Shown here piece after piece: positions 9,333 through 18,636 of a stretch of 32,977 nt of DNA. The DNA is from Vulcanisaeta sp. AZ3 (GTDB taxonomy: Archaea; Thermoproteota; Thermoprotei; Thermoproteales; Thermocladiaceae), in assembly GCA_000960865.2 (NCBI GenBank), contig JZWU02000016.1:1-32977 (forward strand), in the 5' to 3' direction. A model generated the notes under the pieces. It did not search any database, was not told where the DNA came from, and worked only from the letters and a program-made list of their open reading frames with translations. Both the position numbers and the translations under genes were made by a program. The stretch's first letter is position 1; every line of letters starts with the position of its first letter.

Positions 9333-9773
9333 TTATTTCATATTGAGTTCTCTAACTCTCCTACCTAGTACCTTCATAATTGTTAGGAATATGTATAGGC
9401 CATTAATTACATCACTATCCCTACTTAACTTAATCACATCCGCAAGACTTGCGTTCTTAGCCTTAACCTTTAATATAGCCTTATCTATCTCCACATCATT
9501 CATGGTCTCGCCGATTACCTTCATTAATGAACTATTAACAACTCCATCTATCAGAGGTGCTAACTCCCTAATCATCAATGCTATGCGATCGACCATATCA
9601 TCAGTTATTACGCTAGATACATTCTTAATAGTCATAAGTAAGTCAATGGCAGTATCAAAAGCCCCGGACTGATAAAGTAGCAATGACTTATTAATCATAT
9701 CTATCATCGCTTCATCCTTATTTACACCTTCAACTATCTTCTCAACCCTCTTGGAAGGTATTTCGATGCTCAT
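9333..9773 (-). CDS. DUF1641-like helical protein, coupled to sqr
   Basis: C-terminal 'SLADVIKLSRDSDVINGLYIFLTIMKVLGR' fits the DUF1641 pattern; ATGA overlap with the sqr stop. Confidence 0.7.
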   Translation of the reverse strand: MSIEIPSKRVEKIVEGVNKDEAMIDMINKSLLLYQSGAFDTAIDLLMTIKNVSSVITDDMVDRIALMIRELAPLIDGVVNSSLMKVIGETMNDVEIDKAILKVKAKNASLADVIKLSRDSDVINGLYIFLTIMKVLGRRVRELNMK

Positions 9774-10956
9774 ATCAATCCCCTCATGCTAATTGGTAAC
9801 GAAAAGTAAAATGCCCTAATGAACCACCAACCAAACCTAGTGGTTATAAATGGCTGTTCATTAACCTTATAATCCCACCAAGGCAACCAAGCTCTACCTC
9901 TCCCGTGTTGTGTATATAAGTCGGTGATTGCAGGACAAATGGTCTCACCTCTATATATTTTATGCGAACCTACACCAGTTATGTCACTGACTATGTTATC
10001 CACAACAACATCAGATTGATAATGAGCCACTGCTGCAGCCTTAGCTGTCTCTATTGCTGCTGCATCGCCAATTACATAAACATTATCATAACTAGTCTTA
10101 CCCTTACGGTACTGTAACGTATATCTATCACAAGGTACAAAGCCATAGTCATCGCCAATTCCCGAATCCTTCATTGCCTTGGCACCTCTGTGCGGCGGTA
10201 TTGTTATTAATAAGTCGTACTTAATCTTGCTTCCATCCTCACTAACTACAACCTTTTCCTCCGGATTTATTTCAGAAGTCATGAAGAAGAATTCATACTT
10301 AATACCACGCTCCTCAAACAACTGCTTAGTTAATTCATTAATAGCGGGTTGTGCATGGAATTTATCAGTTGGATATATTAATATCATGTCAACATTATCA
10401 CGCACGCCTCTCTCCCTAAGGAAGTCATCAAGCATAAGCATAAACTTAAGTGGCGCACCTGGACACTTTATCGGAGGCTCTATAAACAACTCCACAATAG
10501 TACCCTTACTAAAACCCTGAAATACATTCCTAAGCTCTAGAGCACCCTCAAGTGTATAATACGTATGGTAATCCCTCAATAATCCAGGCACCTCCTCTGG
10601 CGCGTAATCGGCACCTGTTGCTATCACTAAATAATCATACGTGTATTTTTGCCATCTGCAAAGGTTAAGGTCCTATTTTCAAGGTCCACATTAGTTACTT
10701 CACCAGATGTTCCAAATATCGGCTTGATCCTAGAGTCTAGGATCTCGGTCTTAGGGCCCACCGCATACTCCTCACTCATAGCTCCAAATGGTATAAGAGT
10801 AAACATCGCCTGAACCTGATATTTCTCGTTCTTATCAAAAAGAAGTATTTCCACATCACCCTTTGCAATTTCCCACTTCAATTTTTTCGCTAATTTATTA
10901 GCGACAACGACGCCTGAGAAGTTACCACCGAGTACTACTATCCTCTTCATACTCAT
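9770..10956 (-). CDS. sqr: Sulfide:quinone oxidoreductase-family flavoprotein (apparent 1-nt frameshift at 10646-10650)
   Basis: Track ORFs 10627..11103 and 9770..10627 join with one extra A to give ADGKKYTYDYLVIATG. Motifs: KRIVVLGGNFSG, PIKCPGAP, YDLLITIPPH, VYVIGDA, GETICP. Start at 10956 or 10950. Confidence 0.85.
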
Positions 10957-10987
10957 GAAATGCCTAAGATTCATTAAATATAGCTTA

Positions 10988-11006
10988 TTCCACATTAAAT
11001 GTGGAA
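10988..11006 (-). promoter_or_regulatory. Palindromic operator upstream of sqr
   Basis: Perfect inverted repeat TTCCACAT-TTA-ATGTGGAA (minus strand), then TAA GCT ATATTTAA. Confidence 0.75.
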
Positions 11007-11470
11007 CACTAAAAGGGGTATCTAACCTCAATTTTTCACTATAATTCCATTTGTTGGTGCATATGATTGACAAAAGACTTAAAAATTTACTTATAATATT
11101 CATAATTTTTGTGCAGAATAACTTTATGTATTTTAATAATTTCTAATCTAAATACCCTGAGGAATTGCGTACAGATAGATGAGCAATACTTAAAAGAAGC
11201 AGCAAGTACTAATGAGGGGTCAAGAGTGATTATTTAAGGCTAATTTAAAGTATGGACATTTATAAAGAGTGAAACATGCTTCCGTGAACATAAGCAGCAA
11301 GTTCATGAGTCTTTTGATAACTTAATATCCTTTCCTGCAACTGCTCAGCGGAGTGAGTTTACTTGTGATAACAAAACTAACATATAATGATGCAAAAGAC
11401 GCCGAAGATCTCAGTTGCATGTCTTAGCAATCTCCAGTGGCTCTTTACTTAACTAGGCGTGTTAGATTAC

Positions 11471-11489
11471 TTTTACGTATTATGTGAAA
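11471..11489 (+). promoter_or_regulatory. Palindromic operator upstream of dsrMK
   Basis: TTTTACGT-ATT-ATGTGAAA, then TAA CCC TTATTATC. Confidence 0.75.
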
Positions 11490-11532
11490 TAACCCTTATT
11501 ATCACATGTACATATGGCGATTAGGATTAACT

Positions 11533-12318
11533 ATGAATTATGCATACCTCGTGGTCTTCGGCTACGTACCCTATGCCGTGATGTTTATATTCCTAGCTGG
11601 CATAGTGTATAGGATTGTTAGGTGGTTAATGCCGAAGGGACTTACGGGGCTCTATAACGTAAATACTACAGTTGGTGACGATACTTATGGGAAGATAACG
11701 GTGGAGATCCTCAAGAGGATATTTCTCTTTTATACATTGCCAGGCACGGACAATACATTATTCGTAGGCTCATTACTATTCCATTGGGGTATATGGATCG
11801 CCCTAATTGGGCATTTAGGTCTTGTGATTCCATCATCATGGCTCCACATAACGACTCAGGAACATTACCTAATAGCGCATGTGGTGGGTGGTTTAGGGGG
11901 TTCTATGGCGTTGGTTGGGATGTTAATATTATTGGCTAGGAGGTTCGTTACGAGGGAGGTTAAGGTCATGAGTCGTAGCGTTAGGATACCCATGAGGATG
12001 TTTAGCTTTCTCGATGATTACTTCGCAGACACACTTCTCCTATTAATAATAATCCTTGGCTTATTACAAACATTGTGGATACAACCCAACTTTGAAGCGA
12101 CTGTATCGCCTTGGATATGGTCATTAGCCAGCTTTGCTCCAAAGGTATCCTATATCATGGCTGCACCCCTCATTACACAGGTCCACATTATATTAGCTAT
12201 GATATTCATAACTTACTTCCCATGGAGTAAGATGATGCATCCATTCTCATTCATATACATATCACCAACAATCGCAAGACCATCAATAAGAATAAGGGTG
12301 AGGTCAATATCGAGGTGA
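11533..12318 (+). CDS. dsrM: DsrM, NarI-like membrane cytochrome b
   Basis: FHWGIWIALIGH, QVHIILAMIFITYFPWSKMMHPF heme-b His pattern; overlaps dsrK. ATG 11533 is preferred over 11506 from promoter position. Confidence 0.85.
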   Translation: MNYAYLVVFGYVPYAVMFIFLAGIVYRIVRWLMPKGLTGLYNVNTTVGDDTYGKITVEILKRIFLFYTLPGTDNTLFVGSLLFHWGIWIALIGHLGLVIPSSWLHITTQEHYLIAHVVGGLGGSMALVGMLILLARRFVTREVKVMSRSVRIPMRMFSFLDDYFADTLLLLIIILGLLQTLWIQPNFEATVSPWIWSLASFAPKVSYIMAAPLITQVHIILAMIFITYFPWSKMMHPFSFIYISPTIARPSIRIRVRSISR

Positions 12319-13724
12319 TGAGCATGTCCCATAAACTACCTGAGTTTAAGTACGGTGATACCTCAAACATAAGGCCTCACAAGGCTGATGCTAAGTTACT
12401 CGCGAATCTAAATAATAGGATTGGTCTCCGTGTCTCACCAGACGTAAATAAGGTTGCTTATTTCAAAAAGAGGCTTTTAGAGGAGTTCGATAGTAATAGG
12501 AATGTTAAGTTAGCAATAGAGACCTGCGTTCATTGCGGTGCATGTATTGCTGCATGCCCAACCTACATAACCACTGGCGACATCAGAAACTCACCAGTGG
12601 GGAGGGCTGAGTTAATAAGGGCTATCATAAAGAATGAGAAGCCTAGCGGTAAGATCTTTGGAAAGGCGGTAAATGCCATGAGGAATTTCGATGAGAATTA
12701 CCTAGAAATGCTCTATACCTACTACTGGCAGTGCCTATTATGCAGGCGTTGCGCTACAGTATGCCCCTTCGGTGTGGATCAAGCAACCCTCACTAGGACC
12801 GTTAGATCAATACTCTATGAATTAGGCATGGCATCCAGGTTTGTAACTATGACAATAGATAGTATGGAGTGCACGGGCAATAACATGGCATTAACACCAG
12901 CTGCCATAAGGAATATACTTGATTTTGTAATTAAGGAGATTAAGGAGGAGAAGGGCGTTGAGATTAAGGTCAAGGTTGACGAGGAGGCCTACGCTCTATT
13001 CTTACCATCGTCAGCCGACTTTTTTGTGAATATAGAAACGCTCAAGGGTCACCTACTCTTTATGCACGCCATAGGCATGGATTATACAATAAGTACAAAA
13101 GCCACAGAGGTGGCTAACTTCGGTCTCTTCCTAGACCCAAGACACCTGAGGTACATAGGTGATATTTACGTTAATACCGCCAGGGAGCTTAATGTTAAGT
13201 TAGTTGTATTCGGTGAATGCGGGCATGGGTGGCATGTATTTAAGAATTACGTGATTCCAAGACTGAGGAAATACGGAATAGAGGGAATGCACATATTCCA
13301 CCTAGTCGTTGACGCCATTAAGAAGGACATGATAAAACTAAACCCAGAGGCTAATGGTGACATTGTCTACATATACCAGGACCCTGACTACTACGCCAGA
13401 GGTGGTGATCTCACTGAGGAACCCAGATTCATAATGAATCATGTGGTTAAGAAATGGATTGATCCAGAGTATAGTAGGGCGAAGACTTGGTGTTGCGGCG
13501 GTCAGGGGGGTATGTTAGCAGATGAGTTGTTGCCATTGGCAATACAATATGCGAGGCTTTGGTACGAGGATGCCATAAATCATGGAGCTCAGTGGGTTGT
13601 TAGACCCTGCTCTATATGCAAGGCTCAGTTAAGCCATGTGGTTCCTCATTTAAATAAGATGTATGGTAAGAGCATTAAGTATTCGGGGCTTATGGACCTC
13701 GTATATAGGGCCCTAGTCATTTAA
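12315..13724 (+). CDS. dsrK: DsrK, HdrD-like Fe-S protein
   Basis: CVHCGACIAACP, CLLCRRCATVCPFGVD, GNN, ANFGLF, GECGHGW, CCGG, CSIC. Confidence 0.9.
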   Translation: MMSMSHKLPEFKYGDTSNIRPHKADAKLLANLNNRIGLRVSPDVNKVAYFKKRLLEEFDSNRNVKLAIETCVHCGACIAACPTYITTGDIRNSPVGRAELIRAIIKNEKPSGKIFGKAVNAMRNFDENYLEMLYTYYWQCLLCRRCATVCPFGVDQATLTRTVRSILYELGMASRFVTMTIDSMECTGNNMALTPAAIRNILDFVIKEIKEEKGVEIKVKVDEEAYALFLPSSADFFVNIETLKGHLLFMHAIGMDYTISTKATEVANFGLFLDPRHLRYIGDIYVNTARELNVKLVVFGECGHGWHVFKNYVIPRLRKYGIEGMHIFHLVVDAIKKDMIKLNPEANGDIVYIYQDPDYYARGGDLTEEPRFIMNHVVKKWIDPEYSRAKTWCCGGQGGMLADELLPLAIQYARLWYEDAINHGAQWVVRPCSICKAQLSHVVPHLNKMYGKSIKYSGLMDLVYRALVI

Positions 13725-13823
13725 ATAATTACCTAATCATTCAAATAATTATATGATATAAGTATTTCATTTAAATTATGAAATGCACTAGGCATCTAAT
13801 GCACCAATCAATCGCCTTTTATA

Positions 13824-14630
13824 GTGTTGAATAACATCATTTTATCTGTGTCAGTAACTAAGGGTTTAGTAAATGCGTGCTTAATACCTGAAAAGTTAAG
13901 GACGGAACTTAGAGAGGCATTGCATGTGGAGTTTGATGAAACTATAAACGAAATGTTGGCTTATATAATAGTCAAAGGACCTACAACACTTTATAGGGTA
14001 TCTCGAGACACACCCTATAGTATCTCGACAGTTTATAAGAAGGCAAGAAGGATGGTTAAGGATTACTTAATAAGAGTTATTAATAATGGAGGTGATAGAT
14101 GTATTTATGAGGTAACAGTTAAGGGTCTACTTACTTGCCTTGCTCACGGCTGTGTCGATGATGGGTTATTATTGAGTAAGCTTTGCCGTAAATGGAGAAT
14201 GGGTAATTATTGTTGTCAAAGGGTACACACGCTTATTAGCGTCCTTCCCGTTCTATTTAAAATTAACCCGGATATAAAAATGATAATTGAGGAGCCAGAG
14301 GCTCTCATGATGTGCATGCTCAATAACTTAAATGAATTAAGGGGTTTGCTCAATACGGATTTACTTGATGAGTTAACAAGGTCAATCACACATTATCTAG
14401 TTAATAGGTTATCTCTTAATGTTTCAGTAATTATAAAGCCTTCATTATTAATTAGCAATGAAAAATTTGCAATTAACCTCAATCCTGATGGTCATGTCTA
14501 TATCTACACGTGTATGTTATGTAATAAGCATTGTACCGCTACATACTTACCAGCAGAGGATCATTTAATGAAAGAACAATGTATACTTATCCCTAAGATT
14601 GAGAAATTAATGAATATTAATAGCATCTAA
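13824..14630 (+). CDS. Putative winged-helix transcription regulator with Cys-rich body (start uncertain)
   Basis: KGPTTLYRVSRDTPYSISTVYKKARRMVKDYLIRV...IYEVTVKGL is a wHTH pattern; 12 Cys including YCC and CMLCNKHC. Confidence 0.7.
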   Translation: MLNNIILSVSVTKGLVNACLIPEKLRTELREALHVEFDETINEMLAYIIVKGPTTLYRVSRDTPYSISTVYKKARRMVKDYLIRVINNGGDRCIYEVTVKGLLTCLAHGCVDDGLLLSKLCRKWRMGNYCCQRVHTLISVLPVLFKINPDIKMIIEEPEALMMCMLNNLNELRGLLNTDLLDELTRSITHYLVNRLSLNVSVIIKPSLLISNEKFAINLNPDGHVYIYTCMLCNKHCTATYLPAEDHLMKEQCILIPKIEKLMNINSI

Positions 14631-14657
14631 GAATATCTTAAGATTCACATTGAGGGG

Positions 14658-14676
14658 TTCTACGTGGTATGTGAAA
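14658..14676 (+). promoter_or_regulatory. Palindromic operator upstream of the methyltransferase-dsrN unit
   Basis: TTCTACGT-GGT-ATGTGAAA followed by TAA; 38 nt before the GTG start. Confidence 0.7.
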
Positions 14677-14713
14677 TAATTATGAAAAACAAAATATATT
14701 GAGTAACTAATGG

Positions 14714-15376
14714 GTGATCATTATACCAATTTATGTGGTTGGTGCTGGTCCGTGGGATCCTGAGTTGATGACGCTCAAGGCAATTAGGATTCTAAAGAAT
14801 GCTGATGTCGTTTACTATGGTTCATTAGTTAATGAGGAGATTATAAATGCATATGCACCAAAGGCTCGGAAAATATACATGGGACACGTACGTGGTAATG
14901 ATCATAAAGTTTTCGTTAAGCAAGCCCTCGAGTTGGCAGGGAGGGGTTTGAATGTTGTTTTCCTTAAGAATGGTGATCCAGTAATATTTGGTAGGGGTAT
15001 TGAGATTTGTAAGGAGGCAATTAGTAATGGAATACCGTGTGAGGTGATTCCAGGGGTTAGTAGTTTTACGGCTGCGGCGGCTAGGTACTTAATCAGCTTA
15101 AGTGGTATTGTGGTTCTTATGGCGTATCCTAATATTAGGCTTGATGTTGAGGCTGATACGAAGGTAATATTCATGGGTACGGGCATAATTAAAGACCTAA
15201 TGAATATGCTTGATGAAGATGAGGAGGCAATAATAGTGAGTAGAGTTACGTACCCCGACGAGAGTATGGTTAAGTTAAGTAGGGATTATGACCCAAATGT
15301 GGATGTTAAGTCTCCATCGTTGGTGATAATTAGGCGTCGTGGTGTTGAGGATGAGAGTGCTGAGCACAGTACCTAG
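14714..15376 (+). CDS. Tetrapyrrole methyltransferase, probably uroporphyrinogen-III C-methyltransferase (SirA/CobA/CysG-A) for siroheme synthesis
   Basis: YVVGAGPWDPELMTLKA, LKNGDPVIFGRG, EVIPGVSSFTAAAA. Confidence 0.85.
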   Translation: MIIIPIYVVGAGPWDPELMTLKAIRILKNADVVYYGSLVNEEIINAYAPKARKIYMGHVRGNDHKVFVKQALELAGRGLNVVFLKNGDPVIFGRGIEICKEAISNGIPCEVIPGVSSFTAAAARYLISLSGIVVLMAYPNIRLDVEADTKVIFMGTGIIKDLMNMLDEDEEAIIVSRVTYPDESMVKLSRDYDPNVDVKSPSLVIIRRRGVEDESAEHST

Positions 15377-16724
15377 GGTTGTCGTGGCATCGTATAAGGG
15401 TAAGGTGGGTAAGACAACAGCGTCTTTGGCAATATCTATGGCATTAATTAAGGCTGGGTATAGGGTGTCTATGTTTAAGGTAGGTCCTGACTTCATAGAT
15501 CCCAGTTATCATGCAGCAATGATGAATAGGCCAAGCAGGAATTTAGATTATGTATTGATGGGCGATCAAGGAATACTTACGAGATTCCATAGGTACTCAA
15601 TTGGTTCAGACGTAGCGATTATTGAGGGTGTCTCTGGTCTTTATGATAGTGTTGATGGGGTTAGTGAGGTTGGTAGTACAGCTCAGGTGGCTAAGTTGTT
15701 AAAGGCTCCGGTAATTCTTGTGATTAATGGGGAGAGAATTAATAGGACCGTGAGGGCATTAGTTAGGGGGTTGAGGGTCTTTGATCCTGAGGTTAGGATT
15801 AGGGGTGTGGTGTTTACGAATGTTAATAAGAGGCAGGTTGATAAGCTGGTTAAGGCCGTTGAGGAGGAGGGTCTTGAAACCATTGGTTATATACTGAGGA
15901 GTGATGATATTGAGGAGCTAATGCAGTACAGGCATTTAGGTCTTGTACATGCTCAAGAAGTTGATAGGTCAAGGATAATCTCGGTAATTAATGAGGCGTC
16001 TATCTACATTGATGTTAATAAGGTACTGAGCATTGCTAAGGAAAGCGAGCCGGTAGAATTCGTACAGGATTACTCACGAAACACGGATATTAATTACCCT
16101 AAGCGAGTTAGGATTGGTATCGTTACTGGCAGAGTATTTACCTTCTATTACCCAGAGGTGATAGAAAGGGCGCAGGAGATTGGTGATGTTAGGTTCCTTG
16201 ATCCCGAGGTTGATCAAGACGTTGGTGATGTTGATTTGGTAGTGATTGGTGGTGGTTTTCCTGAGATTTATGGTCGATACCTAGAGAGGAACAGGTCGTT
16301 TAGGAGTAGTTTGAGGAGTTTTATAGACAGGGGTGGTTATGTATATGCTGAGTGTGGGGGTTTGATGTACCTCACGGATTCCATAGTTTATAATAATGAG
16401 GAGTACGAGATGGTGGGTGCCATAGATGCAATCACGATAATGCATAAGAGGCCTGTGTGGTATGGGTATGCCACGGCTAGGGTAATTAGGGATTCAATAA
16501 TAGGTGGTGCTGGTACGATAATTAAGGGCCATGAGTTTCATTACTCTACAATAGTGCTTAGGGGTAGGTATGATTTTGTGATTAGGTATGAGAGGGGTTT
16601 TGGTATTAATGGTTTTGATGGAATACTAATTAACAATGCCTACGCCCATTACCTTCACATACATCCAGATACATACGATATACTTAATAATTTCGTAGAG
16701 AACATCGTCAAAAACAAGTATTAG
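15351..16724 (+). CDS. dsrN: CbiA/CobB-family a,c-diamide synthase, in this context DsrN (siroheme amidase)
   Basis: GKTT, FKVGPDFIDPSYH, IEGVSGLYD, RHLGLV, FTFYY, GGGFPE, YAECGGLMYL, GHEFHYS. The dsrN name comes from cluster context. Confidence 0.85.
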   Translation: MRVLSTVPRVVVASYKGKVGKTTASLAISMALIKAGYRVSMFKVGPDFIDPSYHAAMMNRPSRNLDYVLMGDQGILTRFHRYSIGSDVAIIEGVSGLYDSVDGVSEVGSTAQVAKLLKAPVILVINGERINRTVRALVRGLRVFDPEVRIRGVVFTNVNKRQVDKLVKAVEEEGLETIGYILRSDDIEELMQYRHLGLVHAQEVDRSRIISVINEASIYIDVNKVLSIAKESEPVEFVQDYSRNTDINYPKRVRIGIVTGRVFTFYYPEVIERAQEIGDVRFLDPEVDQDVGDVDLVVIGGGFPEIYGRYLERNRSFRSSLRSFIDRGGYVYAECGGLMYLTDSIVYNNEEYEMVGAIDAITIMHKRPVWYGYATARVIRDSIIGGAGTIIKGHEFHYSTIVLRGRYDFVIRYERGFGINGFDGILINNAYAHYLHIHPDTYDILNNFVENIVKNKY

Positions 16725-17016
16725 GGAGAAATTTCCATACCAGTGGTGCCAAATTCATCTTCATAGGCATATTTTAGTAACCTTGTGCAACAAAAATCAA
16801 TATATATTACGCGATCTGCATTTATTCAGAAGGAATACTACGGCTTATTATTTTTGTGAACTGCTAACTTTCGTCCTAGTATCCTCAGTGAAGTATTTTC
16901 TTTTATATTCATTTAAATATTTATATATCTTTAGTCATATGTAATTTGTCTAGGGATTATGCAAAAATTGCATCTTTACAAAAATATTAATATCAAAAGT
17001 CACGATTGCTTAATCG

Positions 17017-18636
17017 ATGGTTAGGGTTGTGGATGTTTATGAGGCCGTTGATGGAATTAAAGATGGTTCTATTATTGCGGTTTCTGGCTTTAATATGGCA
17101 ACTACCCCCGAGTACATCCTAGTTAAGTTATATGACGCGTATAGAGATACTGGCCACCCAAGGGATTTATTCTTTATAACTGATTCATTACCTGCCTCTA
17201 GGAATAGGGCTCTTGACTTAATAGCCAAGCGTATGATTGATGATAATGACTTTGGGTTCATGAGGGGTCTAATGGTCACCTTCCTAGGTGTCGCACCTAA
17301 CCTCCAGAGGCTTGTTACTGAGAATAAAGTTGAGGCTTATGCGTTTCCAATAGGTGTGGCCACGAGATGGTTTAGGAGTATAGCTTCGGGCGTTCCTACA
17401 ATCACTAAGGTTGGTCTTGGAACATTTCTTGACCCTAGGCAGGACGGTATTTACTTAAATGATTTAGCCAGAGAGAGGAGAACGTGTTCTGTAGATATCA
17501 TTAATATAAATGACGATGAGTACTTAGTATATAATTGTCCAAAGCCCACCATAGGTTTAATCAGAGGCAGTACGGCTGATGAGTTAGGAAACCTATCCAT
17601 GGCAGAGGAGGCTATTTACGGTTCAGTACTGGCAATAACACAGGCGGTTAAGGCTCAGCCTAACCCAGGTATTGTCATTGCTCAAGTACTTAATATTAGT
17701 AAGTTCTTAAGCCCTAGGGATGTTCATGTACCTGCTCCACTCATTGATGAGATCGTGATGTCTCCACCGGAGTACCACACTCAATCAGCTAGCATTAGGT
17801 ATGATTCTAGTGTGTGCGGTAGGGTTCTGATTAGTAATGTGTGTCTGCCTGCTTATGATAGGCTTGATTTCGAGTATGTTATTGCTAGGAGGATTGTGCT
17901 TGAGTTCGTAAGTCTAGTGGAGAGGTTGGGTAGGCCAATAGCCATTAACCTGGGTATTGGAATACCAGCTCTTGCTGCTAAGGTAATAATGAGTGAGGGT
18001 CTTGAGGATTATATAGTAACGACCATAGAATCAGGTCCATGGGGTGGAATAGCCCTTAGTGATGATGATTTCGGTGTGGCTGTATCGCCTAGGGCCATAG
18101 TGCCAATGCCTGACCAATTCATATTTTATGAAGGCGGTATAATAGATGCTGCATCCCTCGGATTTATGCAAGTGGGCTCCAATGGTGATGTTAACCCAAG
18201 TTTCTTACCGGAGAGAGTTACAGGGCCAGGAGGTTTCCCTGTGATTGCTCATGGATCACCGAGGCTTTACTTTGCAGGTGCCTTCACTGCTGGTAAGAGG
18301 GAGATTTCAGTAGTTAATGGTAGGTTGATGATAATGAGGGATGGACCTATAATGAAGTTCGTGAGTAAGCCATACAAGGTTGGCTTTAATGCAGAGCTTG
18401 GTCTTAAGATGGGTAAGGAAGTTCTCTACGTAACTGAAAGAGCAGTCTTTAAGCTAACTGGCGAGGGCTTAATGCTTGAGGAATACGCGCCTGGTATCGA
18501 TATTGAGAGGGATATATTAAATAAGATGGAGTTTAAGCCTAAGGTATCCAGGAATTTAAGGCCTATGGATGAAGTCATATTTAGAGAAGGTGAGATGGGA
18601 CTTAGGAAAATTATTGATTATGCAATTAAGCATTGA
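17017..18636 (+). CDS. Family I CoA-transferase, fused alpha/beta (YdiF/propionate CoA-transferase type)
   Basis: ITKVGLGTFLDPRQDG, IRGSTADELGN, INLGIGIP, catalytic TIESG, GPGGF, YVTERAVF. Confidence 0.92.
   Translation: MVRVVDVYEAVDGIKDGSIIAVSGFNMATTPEYILVKLYDAYRDTGHPRDLFFITDSLPASRNRALDLIAKRMIDDNDFGFMRGLMVTFLGVAPNLQRLVTENKVEAYAFPIGVATRWFRSIASGVPTITKVGLGTFLDPRQDGIYLNDLARERRTCSVDIININDDEYLVYNCPKPTIGLIRGSTADELGNLSMAEEAIYGSVLAITQAVKAQPNPGIVIAQVLNISKFLSPRDVHVPAPLIDEIVMSPPEYHTQSASIRYDSSVCGRVLISNVCLPAYDRLDFEYVIARRIVLEFVSLVERLGRPIAINLGIGIPALAAKVIMSEGLEDYIVTTIESGPWGGIALSDDDFGVAVSPRAIVPMPDQFIFYEGGIIDAASLGFMQVGSNGDVNPSFLPERVTGPGGFPVIAHGSPRLYFAGAFTAGKREISVVNGRLMIMRDGPIMKFVSKPYKVGFNAELGLKMGKEVLYVTERAVFKLTGEGLMLEEYAPGIDIERDILNKMEFKPKVSRNLRPMDEVIFREGEMGLRKIIDYAIKH

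Noticed and set aside
10988-11020. TTCCA...TGGAA followed by a G-string (AAAAGGGGT) resembles an ORB replication-origin box
   Set aside because: The spacer is much longer than in ORBs, there is one copy and no orc1/cdc6 nearby; it is better explained as the shared operator.
10957-11103. N-terminal extension of the 158-aa ORF
   Set aside because: It runs through the sqr promoter and operator; the Rossmann motif starts at MSMKRIVVLGG.
15351-16724. Cobalamin biosynthesis operon
   Set aside because: No other cbi/cob genes are present; the dsr context favours DsrN.
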